Source: a virus. Taken from it: a DNA stretch of 64,000 bases. The translations under genes were made by a program, and so were the position numbers. Under the pieces are notes generated by a model. The model was not told the DNA's origin and searched no databases. It saw only the letters and a program-made list of their open reading frames with translations. Every line of letters starts with the position of its first letter. Within the stretch, counting starts at the first letter, position 1. Where the stretch lies: the IMG/VR virus record IMGVR_UViG_3300022902_000008; one strand, written 5' to 3'. This document shows positions 1-8,926 of the stretch, one piece after another.

Positions 1-1
1 T

Positions 2-1261
2 GGCGAAGACCCAAGAATTAGCATTGTTGATCAATTAAAACCATACTCTGATGATCCGTATGCAATGTTACATATGTCAGACTCAACTAAGGTGGGAATT
101 AATGTTAAATCAGCGGGTAAATTTGACACTCCAGTAGGAATTTATTTTTATCCCATCAAGTTAATGTGGGCAGACATTTCTAAGTGGAGCCTCCCATATG
201 CAGGTGAGCGTAAAAATGTATTTATTGCTAAGTTAGATAAAGATATTAAGTTATTAAGGTTTGATAATTATTTTGAAAAAAGTTACAATGAAGACATTAA
301 AAGGCTAAAGAGTTTTTGGGAAGGCTTGTCTTTAGATAGGAAAAGGAAAGTTGTATATGCATTTGATGCAAACAAATTTAGTCTTGCAGACAAAAACATT
401 AATGAGTTTATAGATAAAATTATTAATGAGTTCAGCCGACATAGAGATTCAAGGCTTTCATATGATGCGTTTAAAATATATAAATTGTGTTTGATTTTGG
501 CTGAGGGAGGTCGGAACACTACTCGATGGTCTGTCATAATAAACAAAATATTAGGTTATGACGGGGTTTATGACCCCGGCCTGGGCTTTATTCATGACAA
601 TGAGCCAGAGCAAGTTCTTGTATTTAGTAGCAATAAATTTAAAGTTAAAAAGTTGTTTAAGAATAAACAATATCATGTAATTACAATTATGAGTGAGTTG
701 TTTAAAAATCATGACTTAGATAATCATAAATATATGTTAGATTATTTTCATACATTTGCTAAATTGCATAAGTTTATAAGTACAATTAAGGTTATCAAAA
801 ACAATAGGCTTCCTAAAGAAATAAAACATTTATCAAAACATAAAGAGCAAGTTTGGAAAAATATTATATATTTTATAACAAACATATTGCCAAAAGAAAA
901 AGTTCTTATTAATTATAATAAATTTAATTTTATTAAACATGCTTATTTTAGTGAAAAACTTTTTGACAATGAGGTCTTTTTAGAATTTTTGGTTAATTTA
1001 TATGATAAAGATAGTTTATATCACTATCTTTCAGAACAAAATATATTTGAAATTGTTAAACAACTGTTATCTAACAATAAGCTTAAAAATAGTGATGGTG
1101 TATTTAATCTTTTAAAAGATTTTTACTTGGATCACAACGTAAAGGTTCGAGTGAAACATGACATATTTGTGGATGTTGTAAAGTTGATAGAAGAAAACAA
1201 CATAACAAACCAAGATCTTATTCAGTGGCTAAAAAGTAAGAACATTATTAAAGATAAATAA
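2..1261 (+). CDS. Putative ADP-ribosyltransferase-like (ART-PolyVal type) phage protein, 5'-truncated by the window edge
   Basis: Frame is open back to nt 2. Motifs TPVGIYFYP and LGYDGVYD...EPEQVLVF resemble phage ART-fold domains. Confidence 0.5.
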   Translation, partial: GEDPRISIVDQLKPYSDDPYAMLHMSDSTKVGINVKSAGKFDTPVGIYFYPIKLMWADISKWSLPYAGERKNVFIAKLDKDIKLLRFDNYFEKSYNEDIKRLKSFWEGLSLDRKRKVVYAFDANKFSLADKNINEFIDKIINEFSRHRDSRLSYDAFKIYKLCLILAEGGRNTTRWSVIINKILGYDGVYDPGLGFIHDNEPEQVLVFSSNKFKVKKLFKNKQYHVITIMSELFKNHDLDNHKYMLDYFHTFAKLHKFISTIKVIKNNRLPKEIKHLSKHKEQVWKNIIYFITNILPKEKVLINYNKFNFIKHAYFSEKLFDNEVFLEFLVNLYDKDSLYHYLSEQNIFEIVKQLLSNNKLKNSDGVFNLLKDFYLDHNVKVRVKHDIFVDVVKLIEENNITNQDLIQWLKSKNIIKDK

Positions 1262-1728
1262 TGAAAAAGCTGTTAAAAAAAATAATAATAGAAGAAACAA
1301 AAGAATTATACTATAATGAGTTTAAAGAGAGGTTGAAGAGGGTTAAAGCAAAAAATTCATTAATGTTAGATGATTACGATAGCTTAGAGGTTGTTCCAAT
1401 TCGCATATTAGACTTAGCTGCATTTGGAATATCTGATGGGGAATATAAGGTTCCATTAAATATGATAAATATTGTTTACAATGATCTTGAAATTGCAGAA
1501 GGTGAGATTGATCTTAAAGTAAAAAGCGGACAATTTAATAATAACATAGAATGGGCAAAAACTGTTTTATTTAAAGAGCCAATTGAGATAAAATATAAGA
1601 GTGGAGGGTTTCAGTTGGAAGATGGTCATCACAGATATTATGCAGCAAAACTATTAAACAAACCTTGGCTTTTATCTGAAATTACAATTGATGATAGCCC
1701 AATTAAAGAGTTAGAAAGAAATGAATAG
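1261..1728 (+). CDS. ParB/Srx N-terminal-like domain protein
   Basis: PIEI...FQLEDGHHRYYAAKLL motif; N-terminal LLKKIIIEE leader. Confidence 0.75.
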   Translation: MKKLLKKIIIEETKELYYNEFKERLKRVKAKNSLMLDDYDSLEVVPIRILDLAAFGISDGEYKVPLNMINIVYNDLEIAEGEIDLKVKSGQFNNNIEWAKTVLFKEPIEIKYKSGGFQLEDGHHRYYAAKLLNKPWLLSEITIDDSPIKELERNE

Positions 1729-2101
1729 CGGTCTTATAGTTTCGAAATGTTTATTTTGTGGTGAATTAAATGTAATGATCATTTATCCTAAGCATGAAAA
1801 TTATTCTTGGTTTAAAGTTGCATTTGAAAACACTAATGCTTTTTTAATGGCAAAAGATAAAATGATTGTTATTGATGGCAACAAGGTAAGTCAAAGTTGG
1901 TTTAAAAGAAAACATATGCTAATTATTCAAGCTCATGAAGCAGCACATTATTTGATGGGACATACGAAAGAAACTGATTGTACCGATGAGTTGGAACATG
2001 AAGTGGATCTGTTTGCAATAGAATTGTTAAAAAAACATAATTATGAAAAAGTAATTGAGTTTTACAAAGACTTTATAGGGGAAAAAAATGAAACTAAATA
2101 A
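1721..2101 (+). CDS. IrrE/ImmA-like Zn metallopeptidase
   Basis: AHEAAH (HExxH) and downstream ELEHEVDLFA. Confidence 0.65.
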   Translation: MNSGLIVSKCLFCGELNVMIIYPKHENYSWFKVAFENTNAFLMAKDKMIVIDGNKVSQSWFKRKHMLIIQAHEAAHYLMGHTKETDCTDELEHEVDLFAIELLKKHNYEKVIEFYKDFIGEKNETK

Positions 2102-2552
2102 GAAAATTATTAACAAAATTATTAAAGAAATCAAAGAGGATAACAAACAAAAGTATGAAAGTTTCTTAAGTGAACTTAAAAATGTTGGTTTCGATGTCAA
2201 AAATACTTATTATGCAAAGTTAGCAAGTAGCAAAAATGTTATATTTTTTGATTTTGATAGCAGCTTGTTTATGGAGTGGAATGGAAAAGAGTACGAAAAT
2301 CTTTCACCTAAAAAAATAACATATAAAGAACTTAAACTAGGAATGATGGGGATGAAGTTAAGAAGTTGGGAGAATATATATTTCACAGAGTTAGAAAGGG
2401 GAACAAATCTAATTTTCAACCTTAATAGTTATGACGAAGTTGTAGAAGATGTTGGTGGTAGTGGTGACAGGTTAAAATTTTTAGACTTATTGAAGGTCAC
2501 AAGCAATTATGGTTTTGAAGACTTCGGGACAGGAGAACATTTTAAAGGTTAA
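2088..2552 (+). CDS. Hypothetical protein with MKLNKKIINKIIKE leader
   Basis: Long ORF, SD, tight gene packing. Confidence 0.7.
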   Translation: MKLNKKIINKIIKEIKEDNKQKYESFLSELKNVGFDVKNTYYAKLASSKNVIFFDFDSSLFMEWNGKEYENLSPKKITYKELKLGMMGMKLRSWENIYFTELERGTNLIFNLNSYDEVVEDVGGSGDRLKFLDLLKVTSNYGFEDFGTGEHFKG

Positions 2553-2554
2553 TA

Positions 2555-3298
2555 ATGGAAGAACCACAACAAAAAAAGAGAAACATAGTAAGAAAGGATA
2601 GGGTTTGCCCTATTTGCAAGCGTGTGTTTAAAAATGCTCCCCCTCAAGCTTTACAAATGCATATTTTCAGAGCACATAAAAAAGAAGGGCAATATGATAC
2701 ATGGTCAGAGAAAACTAAAAAAAGGTGGGAAGACAAAAAGGAAAGAAAGAAGACTGGCAGAAAGCCAGGAAGAAAAAAGAATCCTGAAAATTATATCAAC
2801 TTTAATTGTGCTGAATGTGGGAAAGAGGAAGAGATACGAATAAGGATATATGAAAAGAGAAAGAAGAAAAATAAAGGTGGGTTAATGTTTTGTAGTATTC
2901 AATGCTCTTTAAAGTATTATAGAAGAGATGACATAACAAGAAGTCTGCTACAAGAAAGTTTAATGAGGGCTGAGCTTGCTTGTGAAAATTGTGGGTTTGA
3001 TGACATTATTATGATGTATTATATTGTATACCCAGGTCAAAAAGGATTTAAGTTTAATGTAAATAATACAATTGTTTTGTGTCCTAATTGTAGGGTGTTG
3101 TGGAGAATGGGTAAGGCAAAAATAGACTCAGAAACAAGAGAGTACAAAAGAACTGACATTGCTACTGAAGAAGAAGAATTATATGACATTGATACAGATA
3201 AAATATTTGATAGTATCGGTGATATTGATACAATTATGGAAGAACATAAAGAAAAAAAGCAAAATAAGGAACAATTGACATGGGAACAAGTAGATTAG
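2555..3298 (+). CDS. Multi zinc-finger protein with degenerate HNH-like C-terminal domain
   Basis: CPIC...HIFRAH (C2H2); CAEC...FCSIQC; CENC...NTIVLCPNC. Confidence 0.6.
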   Translation: MEEPQQKKRNIVRKDRVCPICKRVFKNAPPQALQMHIFRAHKKEGQYDTWSEKTKKRWEDKKERKKTGRKPGRKKNPENYINFNCAECGKEEEIRIRIYEKRKKKNKGGLMFCSIQCSLKYYRRDDITRSLLQESLMRAELACENCGFDDIIMMYYIVYPGQKGFKFNVNNTIVLCPNCRVLWRMGKAKIDSETREYKRTDIATEEEELYDIDTDKIFDSIGDIDTIMEEHKEKKQNKEQLTWEQVD

Positions 3299-3774
3299 TT
3301 AAAGAATGGCAAGGAAGTCTTCAAGAGCAAAATGGAAATGTTAATTTTACAAACTGGGTAAGGCCTGATCATGATGCAATTAGGTTAGAATATGATGTTG
3401 AGTATAAAAACCATATTGTATATTCTTTTGGAGATATTTTTCCAACTTTGGAGGACTTTGAAAGGGCTGTAAAGGATGGTGAAATAGTTAGCTTAACTAA
3501 AAGCTTAGACTCAATGGTTGATAACAGAAGTAGAACGAAAAATATGAAGCAATTAACTAGCTTGTTAAAATCATATAGATCATGGCCAGAGTTTAGAAAC
3601 GAAAAAACTACCCAAGCAATTGTTGACGGTTTTAAAAACAATGAACCAATGAAAATGCCATTTATCTTGGAATACGCACCTGATGATTGGTGGATAATGT
3701 CTGGTAACACAAGGCTAGACATTGCATATATGATGGGAATTATCCCAAAAGTTATTATTATAAAAGGATATTAA
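3280..3774 (+). CDS. ParB/Srx-like domain protein
   Basis: MPFIL...WIMSGNTRLDIA variant of the ParB GxxR motif. Confidence 0.6.
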   Translation: MGTSRLVKEWQGSLQEQNGNVNFTNWVRPDHDAIRLEYDVEYKNHIVYSFGDIFPTLEDFERAVKDGEIVSLTKSLDSMVDNRSRTKNMKQLTSLLKSYRSWPEFRNEKTTQAIVDGFKNNEPMKMPFILEYAPDDWWIMSGNTRLDIAYMMGIIPKVIIIKGY

Positions 3775-3776
3775 AC

Positions 3777-4007
3777 ATGAGAAGAAAAAAAAGAGTACAG
3801 TTTAATGTGGCAGAAAAAATTTGGGTATGTATTGAGAACATCATAGAAAGGTATGAGGGGGTGGGCAAAATAGTCGGGTCAGAATATAAAAAATATGGTT
3901 ATTATTATGTTAAAATTCCGAAACCAATAAATCAAACATATGATCATTTAGTTTATTGGGATAAAATAAAGAAAATAAAAAATGGAGAACCGATTGAGCA
4001 TGAATAA
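3777..4007 (+). CDS. Small SH3/KOW-like paralogue family member
   Basis: FNVAEKIWV...YEGVGKIV. Confidence 0.6.
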   Translation: MRRKKRVQFNVAEKIWVCIENIIERYEGVGKIVGSEYKKYGYYYVKIPKPINQTYDHLVYWDKIKKIKNGEPIEHE

Positions 4008-4338
4008 CACTAAAAAACAAATAGAAAAATATATATTAGAACACATTAATGATGTAGAGAAACAAAAGATTATAAATGAATTCATGGGGAGATTGCAAAA
4101 TAAAATGATGTCAATAAAAACAGCAGAAACTCCAATGTCCGTTGCACAAGATATTGATAAAACTGTTGATGTAAATGTAATCAAACAAAAATATGGTGAC
4201 AAATTTGTTAAAAAGATTATTGATCTTTATCTTTCTAGGGCAGAAGTCGAAGAGAGTGAAAAGAAAAAATGGGAAGAGGAAGTTAGACGACAGTTAGCTA
4301 ACAGAAAGAAGCTTTGGGGAGAAAGTGAGGGGGTTTAA
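3982..4338 (+). CDS. Hypothetical protein (start may be 4000)
   Basis: ORF within a packed operon. Confidence 0.6.
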   Translation: MENRLSMNNTKKQIEKYILEHINDVEKQKIINEFMGRLQNKMMSIKTAETPMSVAQDIDKTVDVNVIKQKYGDKFVKKIIDLYLSRAEVEESEKKKWEEEVRRQLANRKKLWGESEGV

Positions 4339-4668
4339 TTGAAGTCAGGCAGCAAGCTTGGAGAATTAAATCTTTATTTTCTTAATTTAGATCAAAAAAC
4401 ATTAGCAGATATGATTTGGAAAGTTAACATCCACCAAGCTCTTTACAAGGGAATAACAATTCCAGATCAAACTTATTATGGCCCAGTCATTCTAGATAGA
4501 AGAAAAATTGGTTGGGATATATTATTATTTCCAAAAAAAATTAAAATGATTAAAACAAGTGAGTACTACATTGGCGTAGTAAGATCATCAGCTAACTTTA
4601 AAAGCGATAGCCTAGATCTTAATTATGCTATTCATTCAGAAGTGGTTAACAAACTAATAGAAATATGA
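4339..4668 (+). CDS. Paralogue of the WIH...YxGPxI...FPxK subfamily
   Basis: IWKVNIH...YYGPVIL...ILLFPKKI; C-terminus runs into the promoter repeat. Confidence 0.65.
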   Translation: MKSGSKLGELNLYFLNLDQKTLADMIWKVNIHQALYKGITIPDQTYYGPVILDRRKIGWDILLFPKKIKMIKTSEYYIGVVRSSANFKSDSLDLNYAIHSEVVNKLIEI

Positions 4669-4674
4669 TATAAT
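4646..4674 (+). promoter_or_regulatory. Conserved phage sigma70-type promoter (probably leaderless)
   Basis: GG-TTAACA-17nt-TATAAT with TGn extension; ATG 7 nt after the -10. Confidence 0.85.
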
Positions 4675-4681
4675 GTTTTTC

Positions 4682-4962
4682 ATGAAAAGAAAAAGCTATA
4701 AGGTTGGAGATACAATTTGGATTAAATCAGGATTACAAATGGAAAGTTTCATCGAACTGATGGTCCTGCTGCTGAATATCATGATGGATTAAAATATTGG
4801 TATCTAAATGATCAGTTTTATGATCACATCAAAGGAAAGTTGCACAACAACAACTTCCTGATATCAGACAAATATACAGGACCAGTAATAATAACGGGAG
4901 GAAAAAATAAAACAAAGTTCATGAGAACAATGAACAACAAACACTTGGTAATTGAACCATAA
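4682..4962 (+). pseudogene. Frameshifted chimera: SH3-like N-terminus fused to an HRxDGPA-repeat gene C-terminus
   Basis: Frame 1 MKRKSYKVGDTIWIKSG stops at 4790. The -1 frame reads NGKFHRTDGPAAEY...KGKLHNNNFLISDKYTGPVII to TAA 4962. Confidence 0.75.
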
Positions 4963-5022
4963 AAGCAAATTTATACAACAAACAATATCAGATAAAATTT
5001 ATATAACTAACAAAATAAATAA

Positions 5023-5091
5023 TATCAATTTTTATTGCACACATAAGGCCCCAAACTGATACCTAAAAAACCAAACTTGACCTGTAATCAA
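5023..5091 (+). repeat. ~70-bp non-coding element; inverted copy at 17961-18030
   Basis: Colinear alignment with the reverse complement of 17961-18030, about three-quarters identical. Confidence 0.8.
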
Positions 5092-5213
5092 CTTGAATGT
5101 AAAGCCTATATACAACCATTGATTAATACTAGAATGATTTATAAGGGAAGTGAGAAACATTTCTGTTAAAATAAGGACGAAAGTTATATAAGAAAATTGT
5201 CTGACTTAAATGG

Positions 5214-5242
5214 TTAACAAAGTGAATGGTTTGTGGTATTGT
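5214..5242 (+). promoter_or_regulatory. Conserved phage promoter
   Basis: TTAACA-17-TATTGT, TGn. Confidence 0.8.
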
Positions 5243-5260
5243 ATTTAAAAGGGAGGGTTC

Positions 5261-5614
5261 ATGAACAACAAGCCAACAATGAAAGAATATTCTGATGGGA
5301 CAAAAGAATGGTGGTTGAATGGAGCGTTGCACAGAGAGGATGGTCCGGCTGGAGAATATCCTAGTGGATCAAAACGTTGGTATTTAAATGGGCTTCTATA
5401 TCGAGAAGATGGCCCTGCTGTTGAATGGGCTAATGGAGAGAAATTTTGGTGGTTAAATAGTCAAGATTATGAATATACCAAAGGAAAGCTGCACAACAAT
5501 AACTTCTTAACATCAGATCAATATACAGGGCCAATAATAATAATGGGGGGAAAGAATAAAATAAGGTTCATGAAGGCAACAAACAATAAACATTATGTTA
5601 TTAAAGGCTATTAA
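5261..5614 (+). CDS. HRxDGPA (MORN-variant/YwqK-like) repeat protein
   Basis: W(W/Y)LNGxxHREDGPA repeats plus conserved KGKLHNNNFL...YTGPIIIMGGK tail. Confidence 0.85.
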   Translation: MNNKPTMKEYSDGTKEWWLNGALHREDGPAGEYPSGSKRWYLNGLLYREDGPAVEWANGEKFWWLNSQDYEYTKGKLHNNNFLTSDQYTGPIIIMGGKNKIRFMKATNNKHYVIKGY

Positions 5615-5617
5615 ATA

Positions 5618-5845
5618 ATGAACATCCAATATAAAGATATAAAAATCAATGATGTGGTCTGGTTTAAAACAATAAATAATGAATATGGTTCTGGAATTGG
5701 AATTGTCATAGATAAACGGTGTGAAGAGGTAAATAAAATATATGTTAAAATTCCAACCATCCACTTAAATGAAGAAGGCTATAAACTTCATTATATATTT
5801 CCCTTTGAGATTAAAAAGATAATTAAAAAAGGTAAAACTAAATAA
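5618..5845 (+). CDS. Small SH3/KOW-like paralogue
   Basis: IKINDVVWFK...GIGIVI. Confidence 0.7.
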   Translation: MNIQYKDIKINDVVWFKTINNEYGSGIGIVIDKRCEEVNKIYVKIPTIHLNEEGYKLHYIFPFEIKKIIKKGKTK

Positions 5846-6113
5846 ATTCAAGAAGTTTATGCATTTTAAAATAATTAAAATGATGAATGGATATTGTAAT
5901 TGACTTGTTATATCTTGGCACAAGCCTGCCAATATTAACAGGATATAGATAATTTAAAACCTTGTGTGGAAAATAAATAATAACAAGATCAGTATTGTTG
6001 CCACAAGAACAAACAATTGCAGGTCCAATATATAAACAATCAACACAGGCGTTGTTCGAATGATATATGTTAAGCAAATGCCTGTTAATCCATATGTTGT
6101 GTTTGTTGGTCAA
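5838..6113 (-). CDS. WIH...YIGP...FPxK subfamily paralogue
   Basis: NIWINRHL...YIGPAIV...IYFPHKV. Confidence 0.75.
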   Translation of the reverse strand: MTNKHNIWINRHLLNIYHSNNACVDCLYIGPAIVCSCGNNTDLVIIYFPHKVLNYLYPVNIGRLVPRYNKSITISIHHFNYFKMHKLLEFI

Positions 6114-6367
6114 TCCAAAACCTCAATACATCCTTCAGATATTAAATAATCTAACTCAAGACCATTATAATAACCAAGTATGTCAGAAGATTGAACACGA
6201 TTGTTAACTTTAATGTTAATCTTATAAGGAAAAGAAATGTAATAATCTGTTGAGCCAAACCTTGTTGTTGGCTTTATAATACAAGGACCAATATAATTAT
6301 AATAGAAGTTTGGAGGACTCGAACCCTCGATATGTTTATGAATCCATATTTTCCTTAATTTGTTCAT
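6110..6367 (-). CDS. WIH...YIGP...FPxK subfamily paralogue
   Basis: KIWIHKHI...YIGPCII...ISFPYKI. Confidence 0.8.
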   Translation of the reverse strand: MNKLRKIWIHKHIEGSSPPNFYYNYIGPCIIKPTTRFGSTDYYISFPYKINIKVNNRVQSSDILGYYNGLELDYLISEGCIEVLD

Positions 6368-6397
6368 GATTTATATATCCTTTCTAATTGTAAACCC

Positions 6398-6436
6398 TTA
6401 TTCATATGAGATAAAAAATAATAATCAAACATAACT
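6398..6436. repeat. 39-bp perfect direct repeat (second copy 6692-6730) at tandem-gene junctions
   Basis: ttattcatatgagataaaaaataataatcaaacataact occurs twice. Confidence 0.95.
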
Positions 6437-6682
6437 GATTGCACCTTTAGATACCAAATTAATAAATAATTCATTGTTAATAACAGCAACATTATCCTTA
6501 CAAAGAATACCAATTGCAGGAGGATAATTAATAACGTTTATCTTTTTAGGAAATAAAATATTATGATAATCAAAATTATATTTCCTTATCCTTAATATTG
6601 CTGGGCCAATATAATCATAATAATAGTTTAGATTTGTACTTATGATATGTTTATGAATCCATATGTTTTTTAGTTTGTTCAT
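6425..6682 (-). CDS. WIH...YIGP...FPxK subfamily paralogue
   Basis: NIWIHKHI...YIGPAIL...ILFPKKI. Confidence 0.8.
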   Translation of the reverse strand: MNKLKNIWIHKHIISTNLNYYYDYIGPAILRIRKYNFDYHNILFPKKINVINYPPAIGILCKDNVAVINNELFINLVSKGAISYV

Positions 6683-6718
6683 GTGATCCTTTTATTCATA
6701 TGAGATAAAAAATAATAA

Positions 6719-6982
6719 TCAAACATAACTAATATAACCTTCAGATAACAATCTTTCTAATTGTACATGTTCAAATGGTTGACCAAATTTAATATTATAT
6801 TTATAATATATGCTTTTACTATTGTTGAATTTTGTTAATGTTACCTTTCTAGGAAATATAATATTATAATAACCAGAATCAAATCGGCTTGTTGTCAATA
6901 AAGCAAAACCAATGTATTTATAATGATAATCTACATGATATGCAGTAGGCATTGTAATATTCTTATGAATCCATATAACCAT
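6719..6982 (-). CDS. WIH...YIG...FPxK subfamily paralogue
   Basis: IWIHKNI...YIGFALL...IIFPRKV. Confidence 0.8.
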   Translation of the reverse strand: MVIWIHKNITMPTAYHVDYHYKYIGFALLTTSRFDSGYYNIIFPRKVTLTKFNNSKSIYYKYNIKFGQPFEHVQLERLLSEGYISYV

Positions 6983-7325
6983 TTTTTTTATATCCTTTTT
7001 AATTGTGTATTATTGTTAATAACTTGTGAGTTATATAATTAATTGTTATGTAAAATAATAATTGTCAGTTTAATAGGCTTGATTGATGATTGCTTAAAGG
7101 GGGGTATAAATTTGACAACAATAACCAACAAATTCTCCACAAGTTTTCCACAATCAAATAACAATAAACTTACAATAAACAACAAATACAATAATAACAA
7201 TAAAACCAACAATCAGCAATATTTTTAACAAACCTTTTATCAACCGTATATATTGGCACGGTTATTGATTAGGTTTATTTTATCAAGCATATGTCAAAGA
7301 GCTTATTTATTCTTTTGACTTCTAA

Positions 7326-7649
7326 CTACATTATAGCACAAGATGGTGTATTTGTTAACCTATTTGGGGGATTTATTTTATATAAAATGCTTTTTTTGCA
7401 AACTGAGAAGGCTTCGTATTTACTTATGAGAGCAAGGGAATTTATGGTATATGCAGTGCATGAGAAGTTTTTTAAGCTAAAAAATGTTCTTAAGCTAGGG
7501 TTTTCTGTTATTATTGCCAACCCCATATAGATTAATTTATTTTTTTTGATCTCATGATTATTTTCATGTTCAAAGTAAGCTATGACATGTTCATATACTT
7601 TAACCCAAACTATGTCACCTTTTTTATATTTTGGTTTGCTGTTATTCAT
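7326..7649 (-). CDS. Small SH3/KOW-like paralogue
   Basis: PKYKKGDIVWVK...YMGLAII. Confidence 0.75.
   Translation of the reverse strand: MNNSKPKYKKGDIVWVKVYEHVIAYFEHENNHEIKKNKLIYMGLAIITENPSLRTFFSLKNFSCTAYTINSLALISKYEAFSVCKKSILYKINPPNRLTNTPSCAIM
7330..7358 (-). promoter_or_regulatory. Conserved phage promoter
   Basis: Minus strand GG-TTAACA-17-TATAAT, TGn. Confidence 0.85.
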
Positions 7650-7999
7650 TGTTCCTTAATTACCAAGTATGTATTGTTTGTTGTTTTCATGAATCTTATT
7701 TTATTTTTCCCCCCCATTATTATTATTGGCCCTGTATATTGATCTGATATCAGGAAGTTATTATTGTGCAGTTTTCCTTTGATGTGACTATAATGTTGAT
7801 CATTGAGAAACCATTCTTTATATCCATCAAAACAATCATATGCAGGACCATTTTCACGATGACGTTCTCCACTTAGATACCATATTTTTGTTCCGTTGGA
7901 ATGTTCAATAGCAGGCCCATCAGTTCGATGACACTCTCCATTTAGATACCATCGTTTTGATCCATCAGGATATTCTTTCATTATTGGCTTGTTGCTCAT
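7646..7999 (-). CDS. HRxDGPA repeat protein
   Basis: Paralogue of 5261..5614. Confidence 0.85.
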   Translation of the reverse strand: MSNKPIMKEYPDGSKRWYLNGECHRTDGPAIEHSNGTKIWYLSGERHRENGPAYDCFDGYKEWFLNDQHYSHIKGKLHNNNFLISDQYTGPIIIMGGKNKIRFMKTTNNTYLVIKEQ

Positions 8000-8036
8000 G
8001 ATTCCTCCCTTTCAACTGACAACAATATACCACAAC
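7978..8036. repeat. 59-bp perfect direct repeat (second copy 9324-9382) covering the -10, SD and gene start
   Basis: Identical sequence at both positions. Confidence 0.95.
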
Positions 8037-8052
8037 AAGGTTGATTTGTTAA
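8024..8052 (-). promoter_or_regulatory. Conserved phage promoter
   Basis: TTAACA-17-TATATT, TGn. Confidence 0.85.
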
Positions 8053-8287
8053 CCAAATTAGGCATTTATTTTCTTTTTTATTGATGGTTTTTATATAAGC
8101 CAAAAAGCGTGCCAAAAAGTTATATAACTTGGGTTTTTTTTGTACTTTTTGCTCCTATTGATTTAAGGTATTGCAAGTGGAATTCTATATATTTTTGTTT
8201 CAATTTCCTATAGGGGGATAAGAAACATTTTAGTTAATTTTCTAATTGTGTTATACTGACATAAATGGGGTAGAAATAATCATTGAT

Positions 8288-8488
8288 TTACGGGCTTATA
8301 TGGTAAGCGGAAGAGAAGGTTGAGACAGGAAAGTGTACACAACTAGTTGTTGGTGTTAATCCTGGCCAAATTACTTTATAATAAATTGGTTTAGATTTTT
8401 TATAAATATAGCCAATAACAATTATTGGTCCAACATAGTTTTTATGGGTAATCCACACAACATTATTTATTTTATATTCTGGTTTCAT
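8288..8488 (-). CDS. Small SH3/KOW-like paralogue
   Basis: PEYKINNVVWI...YVGPIIV...YYKVIWPGL. Confidence 0.75.
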   Translation of the reverse strand: MKPEYKINNVVWITHKNYVGPIIVIGYIYKKSKPIYYKVIWPGLTPTTSCVHFPVSTFSSAYHISP

Positions 8489-8492
8489 ATAG

Positions 8493-8726
8493 TTATTTTA
8501 TGTCACAAAACAAATAATGTTTATGCATAGGCAAGTGTACATATCTAATTGATGATTTTAATCCTGGCCAAGTTAGTTTATAGTATTGCAGTTCTATATC
8601 TTGATCATCAAAATATGGTTTGTGTGTGGTATAGCCAACAATAATAGCTAGTCCTTTATATGGTGGGTATTGATCATAGTTAATCCATATTACATCTCCA
8701 GGTTTATATTCTAGTTTTGGTTTCAT
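8493..8726 (-). CDS. Small SH3/KOW-like paralogue
   Basis: MKPKLEYKPGDVIWI...YKGLAII...YYKLTWPGL; SD-supported start at 8726. Confidence 0.75.
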   Translation of the reverse strand: MKPKLEYKPGDVIWINYDQYPPYKGLAIIVGYTTHKPYFDDQDIELQYYKLTWPGLKSSIRYVHLPMHKHYLFCDIK

Positions 8727-8926
8727 GTAGTTACTTCTCCTTTTATATGGTGGTTGCCTATGCACCAACAATCTGAATCCATTGTTTTTATATCATAAGC
8801 GCCATATGGTAAAACATTTGTTATTATTGCAATACCATAATATTTATATCTAATTGGATTTATTGGTGATTGAACATGTATCCATATGGCATCACCTATT
8901 TTATATTTTGGTTTGTTGTTATTCAT
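8723..8926 (-). CDS. Small SH3/KOW-like paralogue
   Basis: PKYKIGDAIWI...YYGIAII. Confidence 0.75.
   Translation of the reverse strand: MNNNKPKYKIGDAIWIHVQSPINPIRYKYYGIAIITNVLPYGAYDIKTMDSDCWCIGNHHIKGEVTT

Noticed and set aside
7043-7228. Asn-rich 61-aa ORF
   Set aside because: Product of a low-complexity A/C-rich tract, with no SD
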